This document shows positions 8,762-17,094 of a stretch of DNA of 64,000 nucleotides, piece by piece. Numbering within the stretch: the first letter of the stretch is position 1; each line of letters opens with the position of its first letter. The DNA is from Candidatus Nealsonbacteria bacterium. Lineage in GTDB: Bacteria; Patescibacteriota; Minisyncoccia; Minisyncoccales; PWPS01. The stretch is taken from contig PWNV01000014.1 of the NCBI GenBank assembly GCA_003557645.1, forward strand, positions 17,989-81,988. Reading direction: 5' to 3'. Position numbers and translations under genes: made by a program. The notes under the pieces are model-generated. The model was not told the origin of the DNA. It made no database searches and saw nothing but the letters and a program-made list of their open reading frames with translations.

Positions 8762-10291
8762 ATGGAACAATTAACTTCACTTTTAGTGGCTGTGTTAATT
8801 TTGGTTACTGGTACCATTTTAGGGTATTACGCCAGACAATCAATCGCCAAAAGAGATCATAAGGCACTAGAAACCAAAGTACAGCAAAGAATAGATCACG
8901 CAAAAAAGAAAAGTAGAGGGATTATAAGCGAAGCAAAGAAACAAGCTGCTGAAACAGTAGAGACAGCAAAAAGAGAAACCGAAGAAAAGACAGAAGAACT
9001 TTTTAAACGAGAAAAATTTCTTTTAAAAAGAGAAAATTCTTTAGATAAAAAACTCTCTCATCATGAAAAAAGAGAGTCACTCTTTAATCAAAAAGTACAT
9101 CGCTTAAAAGAACTGAAAAGCCAAGTCGATACGATGCAAGAACAAGCTGAAACAGATCTTGCAAGAATTGCCGAGCTTTCTAAGGAAGAAGCTAAAGAAG
9201 AATTTCTTCAAGTCGTAGAAAGAGACTATGAAAAAGATATTGTTGATAGAATCGACAAGTTAGAAAGAGAAGGTCGAGACCGTTACTTACAAAGAGCAAG
9301 AGAAATCCTTGCTACTGTAATTCAAAAATACTCCGCTTCTCAAGTACAAGACCTTACAACGAGCAATGTAAGACTTCCCGACGACGAAATTAAAGGAAGA
9401 ATTATTGGAAAAGAGGGAAGAAACATTAAAACTCTAGAAAAATTAACCGGAGCAGAGGTAGTAGTAGATGACACTCCAGAAACGGTGGTTATCTCTAGCT
9501 TTGATCCGATAAGAAGACAGATCGCTAAAATAGCCTTGGAAAAACTTATTTTTGATGGAAGAATTCAACCAGCAAGAATAGAGGAAACTGTTGAAAAAGC
9601 AGAAGAAGAAGTTTCTGATCAGATTAAAAAAGCTGGAGAGCAAGCAGTTTACGACACAGGAGTTATCAATCTTGATCCAAAATTAGTAAATCTTTTAGGA
9701 AGACTTCTCTTCCGCTCTAGCTACGGTCAAAACATTTTAGCTCACTCTCTGGAGGTAAGTTTTCTTTCCGAGGCGATCGCTTCGGAGATCGGAGCAGACG
9801 CTTCTGTTTGTAAAAAAGCTGGGCTCTTGCACGACATCGGAAAAGCCTTGGACCACCAAGTAGAAGGCTCTCACGTTGATATAGGAATAAGGGTTTTAAA
9901 GAAGTTTGAAGTAGAAGAAGACATTATCACTGCAATGAAAGCTCATCACGAAGAATATCCTTATGAAAGCGTAGAAGCTGTAATTGTACAAACAGCAGAC
10001 GCGATTTCTGGAAGTAGGCCAGGAGCAAGAAAAGACACTCTAGAAAATTACTTAAAAAGACTAAGCGAACTGGAGGGAGTAGCAAACTCCTTTGCTGGAG
10101 TAGAAAAGTCATACGCTGTTCAGGCAGGTAGAGAAATAAGGGTGTTCGTAAAGCCAGAAGATGTAAGTGATTTGGAAGCAAAAAAGATATCTCGAAGTAT
10201 TGCAGACAAAATACAGCAAGATCTCAAATACCCAGGAGAAATAAAGGTGACTCTTATAAGGGAGAAAAGAATTATTGATTACGCAAAATAA
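8762..10291 (+). CDS. rny: Ribonuclease Y
   Basis: N-terminal TM helix, coiled coil, KH motif KGRIIGKEGRNI, HD motif LLHDIGK, ADAISGSRPGAR. Confidence 0.97.
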   Translation: MEQLTSLLVAVLILVTGTILGYYARQSIAKRDHKALETKVQQRIDHAKKKSRGIISEAKKQAAETVETAKRETEEKTEELFKREKFLLKRENSLDKKLSHHEKRESLFNQKVHRLKELKSQVDTMQEQAETDLARIAELSKEEAKEEFLQVVERDYEKDIVDRIDKLEREGRDRYLQRAREILATVIQKYSASQVQDLTTSNVRLPDDEIKGRIIGKEGRNIKTLEKLTGAEVVVDDTPETVVISSFDPIRRQIAKIALEKLIFDGRIQPARIEETVEKAEEEVSDQIKKAGEQAVYDTGVINLDPKLVNLLGRLLFRSSYGQNILAHSLEVSFLSEAIASEIGADASVCKKAGLLHDIGKALDHQVEGSHVDIGIRVLKKFEVEEDIITAMKAHHEEYPYESVEAVIVQTADAISGSRPGARKDTLENYLKRLSELEGVANSFAGVEKSYAVQAGREIRVFVKPEDVSDLEAKKISRSIADKIQQDLKYPGEIKVTLIREKRIIDYAK

Positions 10292-10298
10292 GAATTAT

Positions 10299-10328
10299 AA
10301 AAACTCCGTCAAAAAGACGGAGTTTTTT
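10299..10328. terminator. Bidirectional intrinsic terminator
   Basis: AAAAACTCCGTC-AAAAA-GACGGAGTTTTT between convergent rny and tRNA-Gly. Confidence 0.85.
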
Positions 10329-10331
10329 CTG

Positions 10332-10403
10332 AGCGGGCGAACGGATTCGAACCGTCATCACAACCTTGGAAGGGTTGGGTAATAGCCATTATACGACGCC
10401 CGC
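10332..10403 (-). tRNA. tRNA-Gly(TCC)
   Basis: Cloverleaf; anticodon arm CAACC-CTTCCAA-GGTTG. Confidence 0.93.
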
Positions 10404-10415
10404 AGGCTTCTAATT

Positions 10416-10491
10416 TGGTCGGGGCACTCGGATTCGAACCGAGAATCACTCGCACCCAAAGCGAGCATGTTAGCCGTTACACCATGCCCCG
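10416..10491 (-). tRNA. tRNA-Pro(TGG), CCA encoded
   Basis: Anticodon arm CTCGC-TTTGGGT-GCGAG. Confidence 0.93.
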
Positions 10492-10538
10492 ACTACCTTG
10501 TAAGATACCACTGTTTTATCACAAAAGTCAACGCATTC

Positions 10539-11129
10539 TTATGCTTTCCTTTTCTCCGTAATCATTTCGTCAATTACTCCGTACTCTTTCGCTTCTTCTG
10601 GAGTAAGATAAAAATCGCGATCTGTATCCTTTCGAATTTTTGTAATGGGTTGCTTTGTATGACTAGCTATTATCTTGTTCAGCTTCTCTCTAATTTTTAA
10701 GATTTGTTTAGCAGTAATTTCAATCTCCGCGGCCGCACCACTCGCTCCTCCCATAACCTGATGAAGAAGTATCTCCGAGTTTGGAAGAGCAAATCTTTTT
10801 TTTGCTGCTCCTCCAGCAAGAAGAACCGCTCCCATTGATCCAGCCATTCCTACACACACAGTGGAAACATCACACTTTACATACTGCATCGTATCATATA
10901 TCGCCATTCCTGCTGTTACAGAGCCTCCTGGACTATTAATATAAAGACGAATATCTTTTTGCGAACTTTGACTGGCCAAAAAAAGCATCTGAGCGATAAT
11001 AGAATTAGCAATATCATCATTAATAGGAGACCCCAAGAAAACAATTCTTTCCTTTAATAATCTAGAATAAATATCGTATGCTCTTTCTCCATATTGAGTT
11101 TTTTCCACTACTGTTGGTATAAGATTCAT
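10539..11129 (-). CDS. clpP: ATP-dependent Clp protease proteolytic subunit
   Basis: [33 protein letters not shown]. Confidence 0.97.
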   Translation of the reverse strand: MNLIPTVVEKTQYGERAYDIYSRLLKERIVFLGSPINDDIANSIIAQMLFLASQSSQKDIRLYINSPGGSVTAGMAIYDTMQYVKCDVSTVCVGMAGSMGAVLLAGGAAKKRFALPNSEILLHQVMGGASGAAAEIEITAKQILKIREKLNKIIASHTKQPITKIRKDTDRDFYLTPEEAKEYGVIDEMITEKRKA

Positions 11130-11136
11130 AGATTTT

Positions 11137-12276
11137 TTAATTATTTTCTACTTCTGCTGTTCCTTCTATTTCTTCTTTGCCAATTGCCTTCACATCAATT
11201 CTCCATCCAGTAAGCTTTGCTGCAAGACGTACATTCTGCCCATCTTTTCCTATCGCCAAAGAAAGCTGATCCTCTGGAACAGTAACAACCGCCCTTCCTT
11301 CTTTAATTTCCACATCTGATATTTTCGCTGGAGACAACGCGTTTTTAACAAAATCTTTCGGATCATCAAGGTACTCTATAATATCAATTTTTTCTCCGCT
11401 AAGCTCTGATATGATCGCACCTACGCGTGTCCCTCTTTGCCCTACCGCAGTTCCTACTGGATCAATTCCTTCTTCCTGAGAGTAAACAGCTATCTTAGCA
11501 CGAGATCCCGCCTCTCTTGCAATTGCTTTTATTTCTACTGTTCCAGCAGCAATTTCAGGAACTTCCAATTCAAAAAGTTTCGAAATTAGTTTCGGAAAAA
11601 CGCGGGAAAGAACCACACTCGGCCCCCTCGAACTATCTTCTACACTTAATACATAAACCTTATATCTCTGTCCCGGGCGATAACTCTCGTTAGGAATTTG
11701 CTCATCACTGTGTAAAATACCAAGAACTCTTCCTATATCAATTAACACGTTTCTTCCCTCCATTCTCTGCACAATTCCAGAAATAACTTCTCCTTCCTTC
11801 TCCTTATACTCATTGAAAATAAGTTCTCTTTCCGTCTCCTTTATTTTCTGTAAAATAACCTGTTTTGCTGTTTGCGCTGCAATTCTTCCAAAGTTATCTT
11901 TTCTCGGGAGAGAGGTTTCAATCTCTTCTCCAACTACAGTATCAGGTTTTATTTTCTTTGCATCTTCTAAGGTAATATGTCTTTTTGAGTTGTATTGAAC
12001 TTTTCCATCCTCGTTCTCTTCTTCCTCCACTCTCTCTTGATCCTCCTCTTCATCAAAAATAGCCGTTGTTTCATCTACCACCGTTTTTACCAACCAAAAA
12101 TCAGCTTCTCCCGTCTTGGGATTAACTTTTGCTTTTACTACCTCTCCTCTTTCTCTATATTCTTTCTTGTAAGCAGTGGCTATTGCTTGTTCAATAATCT
12201 CTATCATCTTTTGTTCTGGAATCTCTTTTTCTGTAGTAATTTGCGAAACCGCTGATGCAAATGATTTTATGTCCAT
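11137..12276 (-). CDS. nusA: Transcription factor NusA
   Basis: [42 protein letters not shown]. Confidence 0.97.
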   Translation of the reverse strand: MDIKSFASAVSQITTEKEIPEQKMIEIIEQAIATAYKKEYRERGEVVKAKVNPKTGEADFWLVKTVVDETTAIFDEEEDQERVEEEENEDGKVQYNSKRHITLEDAKKIKPDTVVGEEIETSLPRKDNFGRIAAQTAKQVILQKIKETERELIFNEYKEKEGEVISGIVQRMEGRNVLIDIGRVLGILHSDEQIPNESYRPGQRYKVYVLSVEDSSRGPSVVLSRVFPKLISKLFELEVPEIAAGTVEIKAIAREAGSRAKIAVYSQEEGIDPVGTAVGQRGTRVGAIISELSGEKIDIIEYLDDPKDFVKNALSPAKISDVEIKEGRAVVTVPEDQLSLAIGKDGQNVRLAAKLTGWRIDVKAIGKEEIEGTAEVENN

Positions 12277-12305
12277 GAATTAACTTATTTGTAATTATTA
12301 ATAAA

Positions 12306-12380
12306 TATTGTCCGCTTCATGACGGACAATACAAACTTCTCAAGTAACTTTCATTGTAACAAAATATCTTTCTTTGTCAA
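12306..12380 (-). promoter_or_regulatory. nusA promoter and leader hairpin (possible attenuator)
   Basis: Minus strand TTGACA-16 bp-TACAAT with TGn, followed by the hairpin TATTGTCCG-8 nt-CGGACAATA and TTTATT. Confidence 0.55.
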
Positions 12381-12389
12381 ATAAAATAG

Positions 12390-12464
12390 TGGACCCAGCC
12401 GGATTCGAACCGGCGGCCTCTTGCATGCGAAGCAAGCGCTCTAGCCTGTCTGAGCTATGGGCCC
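12390..12464 (-). tRNA. tRNA-Ala(CGC)
   Basis: Anticodon arm CTTGC-TTCGCAT-GCAAG; G3-U70. Confidence 0.93.
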
Positions 12465-12470
12465 TCCATG

Positions 12471-12543
12471 TCGGGCCGCCGGGATTCGAACCCGGAATCA
12501 CACGAACCCGAATCGTGTATGTTAGCCGTTACACCACGGCCCG
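12471..12543 (-). tRNA. tRNA-Pro(CGG)
   Basis: Anticodon arm CACGA-TTCGGGT-TCGTG. Confidence 0.93.
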
Positions 12544-12553
12544 TTATCTTTAT

Positions 12554-13489
12554 CTATTCTTCTTTTACTCCCACTCTCTTCTTTGTCACCCATGCAAACC
12601 CTTCTCTTGAAGTGATCATCGCCACATCAACGGGCCCTCCAACTCCTGGCATATCTCCAGGGTCTCCTTTTATTCCATCCGAAAATCTTTGAATTGCAGA
12701 TGTGCTTTGAACCATCAGCACACAAAAATCAATTGCATCTTGTAATGTCATTGTTCCCCACTGAATAACGTACTCTAAGTTTCTTAATTGCTTATTAGTT
12801 TCTTCTTTCCCGTTTTGCTGTATCGCTTCTTTGACAAATTTAAGATTACCTATTCTCCCGTCAAAGCCCAAGACAATTCTTGAAACCACGTCTGTCTGCC
12901 CTATCCACGATGACCCGTACTCTTTACCTCCTTCATTTCCGTCTCTCACTTTTTGAACTTCTCCTGGAATATTACAAATACAAACTTGGTGGTTTCCGTC
13001 TTTATTGTACCCAACAACCATAAGCTTTATCATGTCAACAGTAGCTGAAGTTTCCTTTTCTTCCCCTTTACTATTCTTAAAGCGAATCTTAACAATCCCT
13101 CCTTCTTCTTTTTTATCTATAATCTCCGCTCCTTGTCTTTTTAAATCAATTTCAGCTCTTTTCATTAATTTCTCTACTCTCTCTTTATAATTATATTTTT
13201 TACTAAAAAGATAGTGTAATTTTTCCGCAATTTCTTGCACAGTTAAATTTTCTGTCTCTGTCTCGCACCTGAAAACATCAATAAATTTGCTAATATTTTT
13301 CATCACTCCGTCTTCTGGCAAAAAAGCAAGACCTGTTACGGCAACCCCCACCTTTTTGTTGATCTGAAAAAGCTTTGAAGCGTTATCTGAACCAATACGA
13401 GCCATTCCTTTGTGATTACGAAAAGACTGCCTGCTATCAACTGCTAAAATAATTCCCTCAGGAGTTGTTGTATTTATTGCCAAAGACAT
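12554..13489 (-). CDS. Proteasome-beta/Ntn-hydrolase-like protein
   Basis: (M)SLAI...EGIILAVDSR, ASKLF, VGVAVTG, LMVVGY, VGGPVDVAMIT: pattern of an HslV/proteasome-beta fold. Confidence 0.6.
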   Translation of the reverse strand: MSLAINTTTPEGIILAVDSRQSFRNHKGMARIGSDNASKLFQINKKVGVAVTGLAFLPEDGVMKNISKFIDVFRCETETENLTVQEIAEKLHYLFSKKYNYKERVEKLMKRAEIDLKRQGAEIIDKKEEGGIVKIRFKNSKGEEKETSATVDMIKLMVVGYNKDGNHQVCICNIPGEVQKVRDGNEGGKEYGSSWIGQTDVVSRIVLGFDGRIGNLKFVKEAIQQNGKEETNKQLRNLEYVIQWGTMTLQDAIDFCVLMVQSTSAIQRFSDGIKGDPGDMPGVGGPVDVAMITSREGFAWVTKKRVGVKEE

Positions 13490-13599
13490 ATTTTTATTGT
13501 ATCTTATTATTAATAACTTTTTTAATTCTATTACAAGTTATGATTATATCAACCTTCCGCTAGCAAAAGGTCGTAAATATTAAAAAATACAATTAAAAA

Positions 13600-14085
13600 A
13601 TGAGCACTAAAATAATAGCATTAATCGGAGTCGTTCTTCTCGCCGTTCTTCTTCTACTTCTTTTCCTTGAAAGAACTGAAACAGAACTGCCAGAAGAGGA
13701 GATGGTAGACAAAGAGATTGAGTATTTTCTTTCTCTTAAAGAGGGAACTGTTTCTTCTTTAGGTGGTGATTACTTTATTATGGAAGCTATAGATACGAGA
13801 CGCTTTGAAGAAATGTCCGACGAAGAATTAATGAACTTAACAATAGAGGATTATGATACTGTCAATATAAAGGTAAATGTGACCGAAGAGACAGTTTTTG
13901 TTAATGAAACTGATTATCATTTTCTGGAAATTCCAGAAGAAAAGGAAGGATTAGAGGCTTTCGACTACATCAAGAACACTCCTGAAGAAGAGTATATTAT
14001 CGCTGTTTATGTTGACTTAGACGAAGAAACATACGAAGAAGACATCGTTGCTATCTATGTCTCCTGGAGTTACTATCCCAGATAA
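13600..14085 (+). CDS. Acidic membrane-anchored hypothetical protein
   Basis: N-terminal hydrophobic helix, then Glu/Asp-rich domain. Confidence 0.7.
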   Translation: MSTKIIALIGVVLLAVLLLLLFLERTETELPEEEMVDKEIEYFLSLKEGTVSSLGGDYFIMEAIDTRRFEEMSDEELMNLTIEDYDTVNIKVNVTEETVFVNETDYHFLEIPEEKEGLEAFDYIKNTPEEEYIIAVYVDLDEETYEEDIVAIYVSWSYYPR

Positions 14086-14106
14086 ACAGTGAAGAAATCA
14101 ATTTGT

Positions 14107-14132
14107 AAACGCCTCGCAACGCGGGGCGTTTT
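14107..14132. terminator. Intrinsic terminator between convergent genes
   Basis: AAACGCCTCGC-AAC-GCGGGGCGTTTT. Confidence 0.75.
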
Positions 14133-15585
14133 ATGTTACCCAGTACTTTTTTTTAGTCATTTCGTCACGCTTTACCTCCATTTTTTCTGCTTCTTTTTTT
14201 GCTTCTTTTGCTTTTTCTCTTACTTCTTCCTCCCTCCAGACTTTCATCTCCTCTATCTTTTTCTTTAGTGTTTCTTTTTTATTTAGGCTTGGATCGTTAA
14301 TAACATCAATTAGTAGGATGTTAAGAACTTCTCCAATTATTTTCCCTGGAGGAACACCCATTATTTTCATTACGTCATCTCCTCCTACCTTTAACATATT
14401 TACACTTATCGGGTCTTGTGAAACTTTATCAATAAGGTAGCGCATATGACGTAGTTTGTAGGGCTCTGCTTTTGGCACTCCCGAACCAATTCTGTCCGCC
14501 ATTCTAACCTCTAAAAGCTCTTCTATGTTTTCTTTTCCCACATTTTTAAGAAGTCTTCTTACTGAGCTCTCAGAAACCTCCCCTACATTATAATAGAACA
14601 AGTGATAACGAACCAAGAGGGTGATTTTTTCTATATCTTTCTTTTTAAACTTTAATCGCTTTAGAACTTCTCTTGTTATTCTTGCGCCAACAATTTCATG
14701 ATTGTAAAAGGTGGCATTCTCCCCTTCTCCTTCCTTCACTCTGGGCTTACCAATGTCGTGTAAAAGGGCAGCCATTCTTACGTGCATTCCAAAGCCCTTT
14801 TTAGCTGCATATTTTAAAGATTGAATCGAGTGTTCATAGCAATCATAAACATGATGTTTGTTTTGTGCCACCTTGTATCCTTCAAGAATCTCGGGAAGAA
14901 ACTGATCTAATAGATCCAGCTTTCGAAGACCTTCTACTCCTTCTGCCGCCTTTTCTGTCATAATTATCTTGATTAGCTCGTCTCTTATTCTTTCTCGCGA
15001 TATTTCTTGCAAAAGATGGCTGTTGCGCTTAATCGCTTCTTCTGTTTCTTTTTCAATAGAAAAATCAAGAGTTGTTGCAAGTCTCACTGCACGCATCAAC
15101 CTTAAACCATCTTCGGCAAGCCTTTCTTCAGGATCTCCTACCGCCCTTATCACCTTCTCTCCCAAATCCTTTTTTCCTTTATAAGGATCAATGATTACAC
15201 CATCTAATCCCATCGCCATCGCGTTAACAGTAAAATCTCTCCTCTTTAAATCTTCTTGAATGCTTTTTGTAAAAGAAACTTCATCTGGGTGTCTTTTGTC
15301 TTTGTATCCTTTTTCTGTTCGATACGGCGTAATCTGAACTTCCTGTAAATTTTCCTCTTCTTCTTCTTCTATTATTAGGGTAACTGTTCCAAAGTTATTA
15401 TCTGTGAAACTATTTTTAAATATACTTCCTATCTCTTTGGGAATCGCGCTGGTTGCAATATCAAAATCAACAGGGCTTTCCCCTCGCAAAATATCACGAA
15501 CGCACCCTCCTACCATGTACGCTTCAAACCCCTCACTTTCTAGTTTCTTTATTATTTTTTTGATTGTTTCTGGAATTTTCATCAT
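14131..15585 (-). CDS. cca: tRNA nucleotidyltransferase (CCA-adding class II) with HD domain
   Basis: VGGCVRD, DFD, DLKRRDFTVNAMA, EDGLRLMRAVR, LLHDIGKP. Confidence 0.9.
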   Translation of the reverse strand: MMKIPETIKKIIKKLESEGFEAYMVGGCVRDILRGESPVDFDIATSAIPKEIGSIFKNSFTDNNFGTVTLIIEEEEEENLQEVQITPYRTEKGYKDKRHPDEVSFTKSIQEDLKRRDFTVNAMAMGLDGVIIDPYKGKKDLGEKVIRAVGDPEERLAEDGLRLMRAVRLATTLDFSIEKETEEAIKRNSHLLQEISRERIRDELIKIIMTEKAAEGVEGLRKLDLLDQFLPEILEGYKVAQNKHHVYDCYEHSIQSLKYAAKKGFGMHVRMAALLHDIGKPRVKEGEGENATFYNHEIVGARITREVLKRLKFKKKDIEKITLLVRYHLFYYNVGEVSESSVRRLLKNVGKENIEELLEVRMADRIGSGVPKAEPYKLRHMRYLIDKVSQDPISVNMLKVGGDDVMKIMGVPPGKIIGEVLNILLIDVINDPSLNKKETLKKKIEEMKVWREEEVREKAKEAKKEAEKMEVKRDEMTKKKYWVT

Positions 15586-15644
15586 TTCATTGTACCTTAG
15601 CCGCTTGTTTTTTTCAATTACAGAAGGTAAAATAAAAAAACTAT

Positions 15645-15718
15645 GCCCCGGTAGCTCAACTGGATAGAGCGTCGGTCTTCGGAACCGCAGGCTGGGGGTT
15701 CGAATCCCTCCCGGGGTA
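15645..15718 (+). tRNA. tRNA-Arg(TCG)
   Basis: Anticodon loop CT-TCG-GA; D-loop A20 (GGATA). Confidence 0.9.
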
Positions 15719-15781
15719 CGGTTTGATTAATCCTAAAAATAATCACTTTCATTTTTTAATAAAAAATATTATAATTGTTAA

Positions 15782-16201
15782 ATGATTAAAAGGATATTGA
15801 TAATTGCCTGCATTCTCGCCCTTTTTCCTCTTATTTCCTTCGCAAATGGAGAAGAGGGTCTTGTTCCTTGTGGCCCAGGAACCGGTGTGGATTGTCAGTT
15901 ATGCCATCTGTTTGTAATTTTTGGCAATGTTGTTGACTTCCTCATGACACGATTAATCCCTGCAGCAGCCATCATCCTTATAATCTACGGTGGAATCATG
16001 ACCTATGTCCATTCTGCTAACCCCGAAGGATTTTCCTACGGGAAGAAAGTTATCCTTATGGCTATTGCGGGTGTCTTTATCGCTTACACAGCTTGGATTA
16101 TAATCGGTCTTATTCTTCAAGGGTTAGGAATGGTAGAAGACTGGGGATTTCATGATTGGTGGCAAAGCGGCCTTTACACAATAGAGTGTCCTGTCGATTA
16201 G
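15782..16201 (+). CDS. CPR-type VirB2/TrbC-like pilin
   Basis: Signal peptide, GLVPCG...CQLCHLF, two hydrophobic helices separated by SANPE. Confidence 0.7.
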   Translation: MIKRILIIACILALFPLISFANGEEGLVPCGPGTGVDCQLCHLFVIFGNVVDFLMTRLIPAAAIILIIYGGIMTYVHSANPEGFSYGKKVILMAIAGVFIAYTAWIIIGLILQGLGMVEDWGFHDWWQSGLYTIECPVD

Positions 16202-16216
16202 AGCATCTTCTTTACT

Positions 16217-16292
<76 letters not shown>

Positions 16293-16322
16293 AAGAAAAA
16301 ATATAAATTAAATTAAAATCAC

Positions 16323-16577
16323 ATGCTTACAAAAGAAGAAAAAGAAGAAATATTAAAAGATTACGAAGACACCGGTGGTTCAGAGGCTCAGATAGCCTTG
16401 CTCTCAGCAAAGATAAAGAAACTCTTTCCTCATTTCAAGGAAAGCCCCAAAGACCTGCACTCTAAAAGAGGGCTTTTAGAGGCAGTAAATAAAAGAAGGA
16501 AACTTCTTTCCTATCTCCGTAAAGAAGATGAAGAAAGATACAATAAACTTGTTAAAAAATTGGGCTTAAAAAAATAA
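16323..16577 (+). CDS. rpsO: 30S ribosomal protein S15
   Basis: DTGGSEAQIALL, KDLHSKRGLL, RRKLLSYL. Confidence 0.96.
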   Translation: MLTKEEKEEILKDYEDTGGSEAQIALLSAKIKKLFPHFKESPKDLHSKRGLLEAVNKRRKLLSYLRKEDEERYNKLVKKLGLKK

Positions 16578-16578
16578 T

Positions 16579-17094
16579 ATGCTCATAAAACACAAGGGGC
16601 AGCGCGTGGCAATTTTTATCGACGTACAAAATCTTTACCACTCAGCAAAAAATCTTTATAACTCACGTGTTGACTTTAGCGCAATAGTAGAAAAAGCAGT
16701 AAGCAAAAGAAATCTTATTCGTTCTTTTGCTTATGTGATAAGAACCAAAACTGGTGAAGAAAAATCCTTTTTTGAAGCTCTCACCAATCTAGGAATAGAA
16801 ACCAGAATAAAAGACTTACAAGAGTTTTACGGTGGCCTCAAAAAAGGAGACTGGGACGTAGGAATTGTCGTTGATGCTATCCGTATGTCCATCAATGTAG
16901 ATGCTATTGTTCTTGTTACCGGAGATGGCGACTTCATCCCCCTTGTTGAATACTTAAAAAACAGAGGAAAACGAGTAGAAATAATGGCCTTTGAAAGATC
17001 TGCTTCCTCAAAATTAAAAGAAGTAGCGGATGAATTTATCGATCTTGAAAAAAGTCCTAAGAAATTCTTATTAAAGAAAAAAAGTCATGAATAA
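16579..17094 (+). CDS. NYN-domain (LabA/DUF88, PIN-fold) protein
   Basis: IFIDVQNL, KGDWDVGIVVD, VTGDGDFIP, ADEFIDL. Confidence 0.9.
   Translation: MLIKHKGQRVAIFIDVQNLYHSAKNLYNSRVDFSAIVEKAVSKRNLIRSFAYVIRTKTGEEKSFFEALTNLGIETRIKDLQEFYGGLKKGDWDVGIVVDAIRMSINVDAIVLVTGDGDFIPLVEYLKNRGKRVEIMAFERSASSKLKEVADEFIDLEKSPKKFLLKKKSHE

Noticed and set aside
8545-8817. 90-aa - strand ORF upstream of rny
   Set aside because: It overlaps the rny start and the structured RNA candidate, and has no recognisable motif.
12374-12692. Short ORFs over tRNA genes (also at 10467, 52136, 52236, 54276, 55496, 56394, 58769)
   Set aside because: They are translations of tRNA sequence or antisense shadows.
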